From positions 186,001-250,000 of the forward strand of contig CBFDEM010000016.1 in NCBI GenBank assembly GCA_965603825.1: a stretch of 64,000 nucleotides of DNA, read 5' to 3'. Shown here piece after piece: positions 46,415-57,780 of this stretch. The translations under genes and the position numbers were made by a program. The stretch is from Blepharisma stoltei ATCC 30299 (taxonomy: Eukaryota > Protista > Ciliophora). The first letter of the stretch is position 1; each line of letters begins with the position of its first letter. Below the pieces are notes generated by a model. The model was not told where the DNA came from and searched no databases. It saw only the letters and a list, made by a program, of their open reading frames with translations.

Positions 46415-47007
46415 TTTAATATTAAAAGCAAGATTTAAATTGATTCAACAATTATATATGATTGCTCTTTCTCGAATATGACTAAATATTCAACCCAACT
46501 AAGACTATTTGCTCGTCTATGAATAATGAATACAAATGTTCGCTATTTTTGAATTAAATTTTAATCAAAATTATATTTCTATTAACTATTGTGAGAAAGA
46601 AAATTAAATTAACAGCAAATAATGAGAAATGTAAAATTTATTATTTATTAAATATAAAAATTTTTGTTTAGCTATTTCATAAAAAAATCATGCAATACCC
46701 AAAAATAGTCCACCTTAGTTCACCAAGCAATTGATACTCAAAAGCATGCTATAAAAAAAGTAGTTCTTTATATTATGTATGTGCGAAAAAAATCTGTTTT
46801 GAATTTATCATCATAAAATGAAAATAAATTACTTCGAGTAAATGTTTCTCTTTCTTCAATTTAATTACAAAATTAAAACAATCTAAGTCTTTTATTACCC
46901 AAATTATAATTTCAGATTTGAACTTATAAATAGATCAGTAATTTCAAATTAAGTGATTTTATTAAAACAGCCTATTTCTGATTGCAAGGCATATAATTAA
47001 ATTGAAA

Positions 47008-47625
47008 ATGTTTGACCCCAATATATTTTTGAGCGAAAGAGATGCTAATGATGCAGAAGGAAATGGTCAATCTTTTCTTCCAGATCTTCAGCAGTTTTTC
47101 ATGGCGAATATGCCCTTTGATACAGACAATGTAGACTTCCAAAAGAGAGAAGACATGATGGAAACAATGTTTCCTCCTCGCCAAGACCTAGACCCTTTCG
47201 ACCCAAGTGTATTTTTCTCATTTGACCCCTCGTTTTTAGCACCTGATGCCCAAGACATCCATCGGTTCATTAGCCAGCCATTTGAATTTTTTCCAATGGT
47301 GAATTCAGACAACTCGGCTAGAGAAAAGCCTGAAAATATAAAATTCGAAAACCAATTACTTCCCAAGCCTCAAATCATGTACTCGAAAACTGCTAAAATT
47401 GGAACTCTAACTATCGAAGAAAGACATTTAAAGATAGAAAAATATCTAGAAAAGAGAAAGAGAAGGAATTTCTGTAAGAAGATCTCCTATGAGTGCAGAA
47501 AAAGAGTTGCTGATGACAGAATAAGGATAAGAGGTAGATTTGTGTCAAAAATTCAAGCTGAAGCATTGAGAGGCTTGGAAAATGATAAGAATAATGTGCA
47601 ACTCCCTATCAAGAAAGAGAGCTAA
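47008..47625 (+). CDS. CCT-domain protein (205 aa)
   Basis: ERHLKIEKYLEKRKRRNFCKKISYECRKRVADDRIRIRGRFV matches the CCT motif; first ATG at 47008. Confidence 0.9.
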   Translation: MFDPNIFLSERDANDAEGNGQSFLPDLQQFFMANMPFDTDNVDFQKREDMMETMFPPRQDLDPFDPSVFFSFDPSFLAPDAQDIHRFISQPFEFFPMVNSDNSAREKPENIKFENQLLPKPQIMYSKTAKIGTLTIEERHLKIEKYLEKRKRRNFCKKISYECRKRVADDRIRIRGRFVSKIQAEALRGLENDKNNVQLPIKKES

Positions 47626-47680
47626 TATTAGATTATTTATAAATTTAAAAGATTAATCAGCATATTTAGGTCATGCGGGG

Positions 47681-49843
47681 CTATGCAGAGATATCAGAGT
47701 GTATTAATGAATTGATTTCTTCAGGAGCTGGTGAGTCAACTTCTTCAGCAGCTGGTGAATTAGCTTCTTGATTGGCTGATGAATTGGATCCTTCAAGAGC
47801 TGATGAATTTTCTTCATCAGGAACTGGAGAATTGGCTTCTTCATAAGCTAATGAATTAACTTCTTGTGGAATTGAATCATGTTCAGGGATAAGTGATTCT
47901 TCTTTTGGCTCAGTATCGATTTCTTCAAGCTGTTTTTTAGTATGCTTTTCTTTAATTTTTTTTATAGATTTAGTCACTTTGGTTCCAATCCCCACAATTT
48001 CTCCGTTTTCCCACTGTCCAGCATATCCTGTCCCGTCTGGCCAAAGAATAGTTCCATATCCCTTGATTATTCCTTTTTTAAAATTTCCTTTAAAAATCCT
48101 TCCATCATTATAAATCAATTCTCCATACCCATGCTGCTGATTATTTTTTCAGCTTCCAGTATATTTTGCATCTACAGTTTTTAAAATGCCTTCCCCATGA
48201 AATTGGTTAGATTGCCATTCTCCTGCATAGCTTAAATTTTGAGTCTTAGAATGCAAAACTCCGAATCCATGTTTTTTGTTATCTATTCAATATCCTTCAT
48301 AAATATCCCCTTTTGATGAAATTTGTCTTCCAAGTCCACATTTTTTGCCAGCAAAAATGTATCCCTCATATATTTTTCCAGTTTGCAGGAGCACTCCTCT
48401 AACAAATGAATTATTTTTATGATTCACCTCTCCTCTATACCATTGATTATCCCCAGTTTGAGCCCAGTCATTCCTAAACACAGTTTTCTCAGACAACTCG
48501 AAATCTGGCTCATAATAATTAAAAGCTGGCAAGGCTTCTCGTGCTTTCATTGCCCTTTCAAACAGCTGTTCTGACCCTGGAGGCAAATTAATGGCACTTA
48601 GCGATAGCGTGAGTTCTTTGTCATTTTCCATTCTCATTCTCTTCTTTTTCTTTTTTTCTTTTCGAGTTTCTACCTTTCTCTCTTCTTTTTTCTTTTTTAC
48701 TTCTTTTCGTTTCTTATCATGAATCTGTTCATATTTGATATTTCTGGTTTCAACAATAGCATCAGCCAGATTTGTCATGACGTCAGAGTTTGCATAATCT
48801 TCATTCATTCTTTTCTGTTTTCGCATTTCTTCAACTTTCTTTATCAAATCGTTCATATTGCCAGGAACATCTTCGACACCATCCATTCCTGTGTCAGTTG
48901 AGCCTGCTTCGCTACTGCTTTCTCCTAATTTCTTTTTTAATTGTCCAAATCTTCAAAGTCCGGTCACAATTATTCCTGATTCAGTTTTTTCTTTACCGAC
49001 ACCGTCTTGTCTTCCTTTTTCCCAATATCCTTGGTACCACCTGCCATCTGGGTATCTCATGATTCCATAACCATCTCTGAATCCTTCTTTGAATTCTCCT
49101 TCATATTGTTGGCCATCTGGCCAGGTATAAACTCCTTTTCCATGAACTTTACTTTTTGACCAGTCTCCAGAATATTCATTGCCGTTGACTCCATGATAAG
49201 TGCCTTTTCCTTCAAGCTTGTTCATAAGAAAATGCCCTTTGAATCAGCTTCCGTCTGTGCAAATTACTTCGCCATACCCATTTCTTTTTCCTCTTGTGAA
49301 CTCTCCTTTATAAGTTTCAGTTGCTGTCTCTTCCTCTCCTTGTCCGTGGGGTACATTTTCCTGGACTTCTCCTTTATATAACTTATTTTCTCCTGCAAAG
49401 CAAATGATCCCAGTGTTTTTTAAGTAGATTCCTTCGAATTCTCCTTCATAAACATCTGCTGCTATAGTAACTAGTCGGCCAAATCCTTTTATAGCTCCAT
49501 TTTCAAAGTGTCCTTCAAAAATAGAGCCATCCTTCATAGCTAATAGCCCAACACCATGTCTTTGATTTTTATCGTTTAGTGTTCCTGTATATATTCCGTT
49601 GTCAGTACCTTTTACAGCTTTTCTGTGCTTTAGAGTATCGCTTAGCGAAACTTCAAGGTTAAGAGGAGGCAATTCCATGTATTTTGATACAATTTTTTCC
49701 GTTTTCATCATAGGATAAAGAGAAAAGATGTGGCCTAATGGGGTTTTCTCGAACTTAGTTGGCTTCATGTTCGGCATGTTTGGCTTTGGCTCGGGTGATT
49801 CTGCAACAGCATATTCCCCGTCATCAATTTCCTGCCCACTCAT
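47681..49843 (-). CDS. MORN-repeat protein with two repeat arrays (720 aa)
   Basis: YEGEF..G.RHG.G repeats. TGA=Trp at 49244, 48953, 48287 and 48149 (e.g. YEGY-W, YTGS-W) join four ORFs. Confidence 0.92.
47705..47865 (-). repeat. Degenerate 24-bp (8-aa, EEANSPAx-like) tandem repeat in the MORN protein tail
   Basis: EVNSLAYE EANSPVPD EENSSALE GSNSSANQ EANSPAAE EVDSPAPE EINSL. Confidence 0.8.
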
Positions 49844-50123
49844 AATTTCTGAAATTAATTATTGGATAAGATGTTCATAAAACAATATGTTTTTCTAAGG
49901 AGCTTATTATTTTAATTATCATTTAAATAGCACAAGGAGACAAATTAGCAAGCAAAATAACCTTTTGCATCTGAAGGATATTTAAAAAAAATTTTATCTA
50001 TTTAAATCTGCCTTTACCGACATTTTAATTTATCAATTCTTATATGTTGAGAAAAAGCATCCTGCTCTTGCTCATTATCATTCTATTTAAAAACAAGTAC
50101 ATTTTTTATTTGTAAAAAATATA

Positions 50124-51596
50124 ATGGGGTGTTCAATCACAACTAAATTCAAAAATAAGCCTATCTCTGATGGTACAGATGAGAAATCAAGCCAAGTTAT
50201 CGAAATAAACGTACAGCCTGGTACATTTGTCCAAGAAAATGAGCATCATTTTAACAATGTATATCGGCTTGGACAGCTGATATCTTCAGGACCACTTGTG
50301 ATGCTTCATGCTTGTTTTAACCGAGAAACAAGCTTAAAAAGAGTCGTAAAAATTTACAGAAAAGATCTAATCACTAATGAAGCTTCAAAGTTTGCTATTG
50401 AGCAAGAAATAAGCATTTTAAAGTCTTTAGACCATCCTAATATTGTAAGGATGCTAGAATTTTTTGAAGAAGTCAAGCGAATTTATTTAGTGATGGAGTA
50501 CTGCAAAGGAGGAGATCTATTTACAGAGCTATTAAGTAGGCCAAGCTTTGATGAGCAGAAATCAGCACAAGTAATGGAACAATTGTTTGCTGCAGTTGCA
50601 TATATGCATGAACATCATATAATGCATAGGAATTTGAAGCCTGAAAACATTTTATTAGAAGAAAAGCATGAGATTTTGAGCATAAAAGTGCATCATTTTG
50701 GGTCTGCGAGAAATTTTTATGGAAAGAAACTGATATCAGGTCAAGTAGGAACTTCATACTATATGGCACCTGAAGTAATTTCGGGAGAGTATAATGAAAA
50801 ATGTGACCTTTGAAGCTGTGGAGTAATACTTTATATTTTGCTTTCTGGAAAACCACCGTTTGCAGGAAAAAATAACGATGAAATTTTAGAAAAAGTAAAG
50901 ACTGGTGTTTATAGCTTGGAAGAAGACCCATGGCCTCTTATTTCAGCTTCAGCAAAAGATCTTATTAGAAAGCTTTTGTGTCCGCAAAAAAGACGAATAT
51001 CTGCTCAAGAAGCTCATTCTCATTCATGAATTGTCAGAAGATCAGAGATATTACCTCCTAGTGAAGAATTAATTCATTTGGTTCTGTCAAATTTAAAGTC
51101 ATTTCATTCAACAAATACACTTAGAGATGCAGTTCACACTTTTATTACTTCCCAATGCCTTTCATCAAAAGATACAAAGGCTCTAAGAGAAGTTTTCCGA
51201 GCTATGGATTTAAATGGCGATGGGAGACTAAGTAGACAAGAACTGCTTCAGCAATACTCAATTGTTATGAGCCCTGCAGAAGCTGAGCTAGAAGTAAATA
51301 AAATCATGTCAGAGGTAGATACAGACAACAGCGGCTTCATTGATTATACAGAATTTCTAAAAGCTTCAATTGATAGTAGAGTTATGCTCTCAACTGAAAA
51401 TCTGAGATATGCTTTTCATATGTTTGACAAGGATGGCAGTGGAACAATATCACTAACAGAGCTCAAAAGAGCTCTTGAAGCCGAAGCAAGTGATGATCGA
51501 GTATGGGCACAAGTTTTAGACCAAGTCGATAAAAATGGAGATGGGCAGATTGATATTGAGGAATTCACAAATATTGTTCTCTCTAAAATTGAGTAA
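50124..51596 (+). CDS. Calcium-dependent protein kinase-like protein with degenerate catalytic motifs (490 aa)
   Basis: MGC start, kinase fold, TGA=Trp at 50811 (CDL-W-SCG) and 51027, four canonical EF hands. HRD is replaced by HRN and DFG by HFG. Confidence 0.92.
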
Positions 51597-51761
51597 TGTA
51601 AAATGTTCAAATCTTTATTTACTTATATTCAAAATTTTTTTTAAATATGGCTAACTTCTTTTTGCTTTATATTAGCCTTCAACTACTTGCCTAAATTCTG
51701 ATTAATTTTTTCAAAATAAAAATTATTTATATATTTACATTTTGTAGCCTTGATCATGCAA

Positions 51762-52235
51762 TTAGAAAGGTTGGATCTTATCTAATCCAAGCACTTTTGC
51801 TTGCTCTTTGGAGATAAATCTCCCTTTGATTCTTAATCTTTTTTCAGCAACTCTTCGTCTTCCGCTGTAGTCAAACTTTTTATGCCAAGGCCTTTTTCGT
51901 CTTTTAGCCAAGAATTTCTCCACTTTTTCCTTCCTTTGCTGTAAAGAAAGCCTCTCTGCCTTCGGTGGGATTTGAGTGATGTCCAACTTTACTGCTGTTT
52001 CACTCGATTTTGTGTCATTTTCACTTGGTTTTGTGTCAGTTTGTACAATTTTTACAGGATCGCATATAGGGATGTCTTCTGGATCCAGTTTTAAAATGTC
52101 TGAAGGAATAGAAGATTCCAAATATTGATCCATATCGCAAAGAAGGTTGACAAAAGAGCCGAATTGCTCATGCTGAGTGAACCCTTTGCATTGGTTTTCA
52201 AATTCCCAGTCATCGAAATAGCTTTGATACTCCAT
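51762..52235 (-). CDS. CCT-domain protein (157 aa)
   Basis: RKEKVEKFLAKRRKRPWHKKFDYSGRRRVAEKRLRIKGRFI. Confidence 0.9.
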   Translation of the reverse strand: MEYQSYFDDWEFENQCKGFTQHEQFGSFVNLLCDMDQYLESSIPSDILKLDPEDIPICDPVKIVQTDTKPSENDTKSSETAVKLDITQIPPKAERLSLQQRKEKVEKFLAKRRKRPWHKKFDYSGRRRVAEKRLRIKGRFISKEQAKVLGLDKIQPF

Positions 52236-52620
52236 ATATTTTATTTACTGTTCATTAATTTTGGTAGCTTTTTCTCTATTAGATTAATTTAAGATCTGAT
52301 AATTTCATAAATAAGTTACGAGAATGTAAACAATTAAAAAAATGGGAACATTTAGCATTCTTTTTTATAAAATTTTTTATAAGAATTTTATCACTAAATT
52401 CGTTCAAAATTCTTTGTTTGCGAGTTTTATCTGCCATGATTGCTTAAGAAAATAAAGAAATAAATTTTTAATTTATTTTATTTAGTCTATATATTAACAA
52501 ACTTATTTTTGCTAAACACATATGAAATTTTATAAAAGGAAATGCTTATAAATTTAATCTAATTATAAAATTTAATCTTCCATTTATTTTATTATAATCT
52601 AATTTTATCAAACTAAGATT

Positions 52621-53070
52621 ATGAGCGATCCCCTGGAAATAGAACTCCATAAAAGAGAACTTATTTATTCACAAGCTGCATATCAAGAAGACTTAAATAA
52701 AAAAATTATCTTGAAAAAACTAGAAGAAGACCATAAGAATATTATGACCAAAGAAGACTCTCAATTATTTGAATATTACTTAAAGGTAAATGTGGTAAAA
52801 TCTAGCATATTAACAATTCCAGCTGGTGTAGCAATCTTACTATTAAAGAAACGACTCTTAAATTATTCAATGATTCAGCGAAGCTTTATTTTTTTATCAA
52901 TTGGATCCATTCCTTTATTTTATTATCAATTTTGATTTCCGCCAAGAGGTTTCAGAGAATTGAGTGAATTTTATTATTATAAGTATTTTGAAAAAGTCTC
53001 TGAGAAGCTGGCCCAGCAAGATAAAGAAAATAAAGATACAAAATCTGTAAGTAAGGTAACTAGCTCTTAA
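52621..53070 (+). CDS. Small protein with two predicted TM helices (149 aa)
   Basis: ORF extends through TGA=Trp at 52933 to TAA at 53068-53070; two hydrophobic segments. Confidence 0.7.
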
Positions 53071-53263
53071 ATTTCCACACATAAATTACTATCATATCGT
53101 TTTAATTATTAAAAGCTTGAATAAAACATATTTCTGAAGGTGAAGCTGCCTCTAACTTTCATAAGGGATCGAATTTAATGAAAAATATCCAGATTTCTTC
53201 TTAATTTATTGAAAATGTTTAATAGAATAGCTTTATTAATTTATTTGATAATAGAACATTAAA

Positions 53264-53743
53264 TTATTTTAGACTGGATGATCTCCAATTATTAAAGTTT
53301 GTCTCACATTTCTTTTTTGCTGAACTTGTGAGAGGAAGACTGTTAATTGTTTCTGTAGCCTCATACGGATAGCATGGATGGACATTGCTAACTTGATTTG
53401 TGTGGTATGCTTCTTTTTGATTTCCACACTTACATCTGAACACAGTTGCCAATTTATAATAAAAATAAGCTTTTTCCAAATCCTGTTCTATGTATTTTCC
53501 CTTTTGGTATAATCTCCCTAATCTAAACGCTGCTTCAGGGCTAGTTTTGCAGGCTTTCCTCAGCCAATATATAGCTTGCCGAATATCTGGTTCTCGATTT
53601 CCGCTTCCATGGAAAAGCAACTGTGAATAAATCAGCATCGCTTCAGTATGCCCTTTCTCTGACTCTTCTCTATTTTCCTCAAACCAGTTATCTACACACA
53701 TTTCAATGCATTCACTTAAATTAACTGAGCCATAATCTTGCAT
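53264..53743 (-). CDS. SEL1-like repeat protein (159 aa)
   Basis: GHTEAM..Y...G..D..QAIYWLRKA..EAAFRLGRLYQKG..QDLEKAYFYYKLA. Confidence 0.85.
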   Translation of the reverse strand: MQDYGSVNLSECIEMCVDNWFEENREESEKGHTEAMLIYSQLLFHGSGNREPDIRQAIYWLRKACKTSPEAAFRLGRLYQKGKYIEQDLEKAYFYYKLATVFRCKCGNQKEAYHTNQVSNVHPCYPYEATETINSLPLTSSAKKKCETNFNNWRSSSLK

Positions 53744-53759
53744 TTTATAATTCTATGTA

Positions 53760-54416
53760 TTAAAGATTATCACATCTAAGGATAACATTCAAGCCTTCTG
53801 TAATGCTTCCAGACCAAATCAAGTGTGGCTCTCCTCCATATACCGTGGTTACTTGATCAAATCTTGTAGCGACTGTCCTGATTGATTTCAGTTGGTAGTC
53901 TAATGTTTGAAATGTCACGTAAATGTGATTATCTTCAGACTTTACAACCTTAAGTAATACAAAATTATCGTCAATCTTCAATCCTTTCTCTTTTTTCTTT
54001 GATTTTATGTTTTTTATTTTGATAGGCTGGCTTTTTACTCTAAATTTAACTTTGTGGACTGATTCAATGTGCTTCACAATGATGTCAGGAGGAAAAGTGA
54101 CAAAACCTCAACATAAGCTGCACTGGATTGCTTTGAATTTGCAGACTCTTTCGTGAGATAGAATATCTTTGCAGGGGAAAGCATCTTTACATTGCTTTCA
54201 CTTGCAGGGGATCGCAATTTCAGATGTGATTTCTTCAATGACGCGATTCCTGATTGACAAAATTGGAGTCTTACAGAGATGGCAATTTACCCCTTCGCTG
54301 TGACAAGATTCGCAGAATGAGTGCCCTTTGCTGCACTGATAAACTGAGGCAAAGAGATCACCCAGGCATGATGTACAGACTAAAATATCTATTGCTGGTA
54401 TTCCCCGCTTTATCAT
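53760..54416 (-). CDS. SINA/Siah-like RING + zinc-finger E3 ligase (218 aa)
   Basis: CTSC..QCSKGHSFCESC..CHLCK..IRNRVIEEI..PCK-W..C..HERVCKF..C..C..H...H. TGA=Trp at 54198 and 54108. Confidence 0.85.
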
Positions 54417-54707
54417 TTTGAACTTATTTATAAAATCAAATAAAGTTTTTCGCTTACATAGACAGCTGAAATTTTTTTTCTATTTTTATTAAGGTAGCTT
54501 TTATTTTTAAAACTCTTGCAATATAAATATTAATAAACTTGTTATGAAATATGTTTAATTTTATTAGTTAATAATAAAATTTGGCTCTAACTTCCTAATT
54601 ACCATTTTAGCTTACAACAATAAGCAGGGGCATGATTTCAGGTTAAGAGCTAAATCCTTATTTTTCGAAACTATAAATAGCGGGGGCTTATTTGATTTAT
54701 AAAACAA

Positions 54708-56477
54708 ATGTCTGCAACTACTTTTGACAACGCTCCATCTTGGGGATCAACAGCAACAACTACTGCAGCTGGGTGGGGAGATGGGACCTCCAAACCTTCT
54801 GACCCTGAAGCTGTGCCTGAGAACAAAGAAAACCAAGACCCCAATGCTAAACCTCAACTTCCTCCTCTTAACTATGACACACTAGGTGAAAAGCTTCAGC
54901 CAATCGACTGGGATTCAGAAACTCTGGTTCCCATCATTTCGAAAACTTTTGAATTAACTCTTTCACAAGAAGAAGTCACTAACTTCTTTGCACAGAATAC
55001 TTCAATTGTCAAAGGCACTGAAGTAAAGCCAATGCTGTCGTTCACTGAACTAGGATTTCCTGAAGCAGTGACTGCTCAATTTGAAGCTTGCAAATTTGCA
55101 AAACCAACTTCAGTTCAGTCTTTAATGTGGCCCACTGCACTTAGTGGAAAAGATATTATTGGAATTGCTTGCACTGGGAGTGGGAAAACACTTAGCTATA
55201 TTCTTCCAGCTTTATTGCATATCACAGCCCAACAGCCTATTCAGCCTGGCCAAGGTCCAATAGTCCTCATTTTAGCACCAACCCGTGAACTTGCCAAACA
55301 AATAATTTTCGAAACAAACCGCTTTGGCAAATCTCTTGAAATTCGCAGCGTATGCCTTTATGGTGGCAACGGAAGACAGTTCCAAATGAAAGACTTAGAA
55401 GCACTTCCTCAGCTTGTAGTAGCAACTCCTGGAAGACTCCTTGACTTTCTCGAATGTGGCGCTATAAACCTTAAACGAACAAGTCTTATCGTGGTTGATG
55501 AAGGTGACAGGATGCTCGACATGGGCTTTGCTCCACAGCTGAGGAAAATCTTAAGCCAAGCGCGGCCGGATCGCCAAACAATTACTTGCAGTGCAACCTG
55601 GCCAAGCACACTTGAAGAGCTTTCCAAAGAATTCATGAAAGACCCAGTTGAGATCCACATCGGCAAAGAAGGCGGAGTCACTGCAAACCACAACATAACC
55701 CAAGTCATCAATGTCGTCGACTCAGAAGAAAAAATTGAGAAGCTTATAGAAGTCATCAAGCCTTTAGCAGAAAAAAGAATCCTCATATTTGTTGACACAA
55801 AGGCTGAATGCGACACTCTGGCAGCTGAGCTAACTGCAAAAGAAGTCAAAGTTGCCACGCTTCATGGTGATAAATCAATGAAAGATAGGATGACTGCACT
55901 ACTTGATTTCAGGGCTGGGAGGAACTTTGTGGTCATTTCGACTGATTTGGCAAGCAGAGGCCTTGATGTGAAAGATTTGGACTATGTCATTTGCTATGAT
56001 TTTCCTAAAAGAATTGAAGACTATGTGCATAGGATTGGAAGAACTGCAAGAGGCATGAATAAAGGAACTGCTATTTCGTTCTTTACAAAAGATAACGCTA
56101 AGTCGGCACAGCAGCTAATTCAAGTTTTAGAAGAAGCCCAACAAAACGTTCCCAGAGAACTTAGAAGATTGGCAAGAAAGCCGAAAGGAGAAGGAGAGCA
56201 GGCAGAAGAAGGCCAAGAAGGGGAAGAAAAGCCAAAAGGAAGAGGATGCTTCAAGTGTGGAGAAAATGGACATATGTCTAAAGAATGCCCAAATCCTAAA
56301 AAGGATAATGGAGGAAACAAAGGATGCTTTAAGTGTGGGCAAGAAGGTCATATGTCAAGAGAATGTCCAAATCCAGGCGAAAATAGAGGAAGAGGCAGAA
56401 GAAGAGAAAACGGAGACAACGAAGGAAATAATGAAAAAATAAGTTTTGATAGGTCAAGAAGTCCAAGGTGTAATTAA
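54708..56477 (+). CDS. DEAD-box RNA helicase (DDX5/Dbp2-like core) with two C-terminal CCHC zinc knuckles (589 aa)
   Basis: Q motif PTSVQ, TGSGKT, PTRELA, TPGR, DEGD, SAT, RGLD, HRIGRTAR; CFKCG..GHMS.ECP occurs twice. Confidence 0.95.
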   Translation: MSATTFDNAPSWGSTATTTAAGWGDGTSKPSDPEAVPENKENQDPNAKPQLPPLNYDTLGEKLQPIDWDSETLVPIISKTFELTLSQEEVTNFFAQNTSIVKGTEVKPMLSFTELGFPEAVTAQFEACKFAKPTSVQSLMWPTALSGKDIIGIACTGSGKTLSYILPALLHITAQQPIQPGQGPIVLILAPTRELAKQIIFETNRFGKSLEIRSVCLYGGNGRQFQMKDLEALPQLVVATPGRLLDFLECGAINLKRTSLIVVDEGDRMLDMGFAPQLRKILSQARPDRQTITCSATWPSTLEELSKEFMKDPVEIHIGKEGGVTANHNITQVINVVDSEEKIEKLIEVIKPLAEKRILIFVDTKAECDTLAAELTAKEVKVATLHGDKSMKDRMTALLDFRAGRNFVVISTDLASRGLDVKDLDYVICYDFPKRIEDYVHRIGRTARGMNKGTAISFFTKDNAKSAQQLIQVLEEAQQNVPRELRRLARKPKGEGEQAEEGQEGEEKPKGRGCFKCGENGHMSKECPNPKKDNGGNKGCFKCGQEGHMSRECPNPGENRGRGRRRENGDNEGNNEKISFDRSRSPRCN

Positions 56478-56654
56478 TTTATAACAGTTTTGTTACCAAC
56501 AAAATTTTGCAATTAAAAGCTTATTATTTATAATTTAAATAGTCATATTAGAAAATTAATAAAAAATATAAATGCCGAGCAAAGTGATTTTACTTATAAT
56601 AAAAATACATATTTTTTTATTTATCACCATTAATGTGGCTAATTTATAATAATT

Positions 56655-57713
56655 ATGGAAGGTTACTTCGCTGTTGAAGCAAAACCAAGAAGCTGGAAAA
56701 AAGGCTTAGCTATTTTTGGAGCACTTGCAATTATAGGTACAATTGCAGCTCTTGCTGCATTTTCAGCCCAAAAACAAGTTCCACTTGCTTTAGCCCAAAT
56801 TGAACTTGAAGAGGGAGAATTCAAGTCCTTCATGGCATTTTACAATAAACAATACTCCACTGAAGAAGAATATCAAAGACGCTTCAGAATTTTCCGCGAC
56901 AACGCGGCATATGCCAGAGTTTTCAATACACTTGGCGAGACTTACTTACTCGGGATAAATGAATTTTCAGACTTAACAGCTAAAGAATTTTCAGATAGAG
57001 TCTCAAGACCTTTTGACCATTCAAAAGTGACTAAAAACGTAAAATGGATTGAATCACTTTCAATTCCTTCCTCAATCGATTGGACTCAACAAGGAGCTGT
57101 AACTCCAGTCTTAAATCAAGGACAATGTGGAAGCTGCTGGTCTTTTTCAGCTGCTGGGGCTATTGAAGGAATTTGGAAGATTTCTAGGGGTATACTTATA
57201 GCTGTCTCAGAACAGCAATTGATTGATTGCTCAACACTTTATGGAAATAAAGGATGCGAAGGTGGAACTGTGAATTATGCTTTCGAATATGTCATAAAGA
57301 ATGGTGGCATTACAAGCTCTTCAAACTATCCATACATTGGTAAGCAAGGAACTTGCAAGAATTATTTGGCTTCTCAAAAATTTGTAGCTATTTCTTCATA
57401 TGCAAATGTGCCTGCAAATAACGTTGATCAACTATACAAGGCAGTAGCCCAACAGCCTGTTTCAGTAGCAGTTGATGCCGGCCAAGCCTTCTGGCAAAGC
57501 TACAAGTCAGGGATTGTTAGCAGTGGATGCGGAACCCAACTTGACCACTCAGTTTTAATTGTTGGATACAACCAAACTAACTGGCAACCATACTGGAAAG
57601 TTAAGAACTCATGGGGAGCATTTTGGGGAGAGGCTGGATATATTAGAATTGCTGTTGTAAATGGCAAAGGAGCTTGCGGCATCCAAATGATGCCTTCATA
57701 TCCAATTTTTTAA
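56655..57713 (+). CDS. Cathepsin L-like papain-family cysteine protease (352 aa)
   Basis: N-terminal TM anchor, I29 propeptide (INEFSD), QGQCGSCWSF, LDHSVLIVGY, KNSWG. Confidence 0.97.
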   Translation: MEGYFAVEAKPRSWKKGLAIFGALAIIGTIAALAAFSAQKQVPLALAQIELEEGEFKSFMAFYNKQYSTEEEYQRRFRIFRDNAAYARVFNTLGETYLLGINEFSDLTAKEFSDRVSRPFDHSKVTKNVKWIESLSIPSSIDWTQQGAVTPVLNQGQCGSCWSFSAAGAIEGIWKISRGILIAVSEQQLIDCSTLYGNKGCEGGTVNYAFEYVIKNGGITSSSNYPYIGKQGTCKNYLASQKFVAISSYANVPANNVDQLYKAVAQQPVSVAVDAGQAFWQSYKSGIVSSGCGTQLDHSVLIVGYNQTNWQPYWKVKNSWGAFWGEAGYIRIAVVNGKGACGIQMMPSYPIF

Positions 57714-57780
57714 TTTAATCAATGGATTATTTATAACTATCTTTATTAATTTATTGAAATTAAGATTTAATAACAGTTAT

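Noticed and set aside
53047-53063. GTAAGTAAGGTAACTAG intron-like string near the end of the 52621 gene
   Set aside because: Possible lengths are 17 or 13 nt, not 15-16, and the ORF ends normally at TAA 53068.
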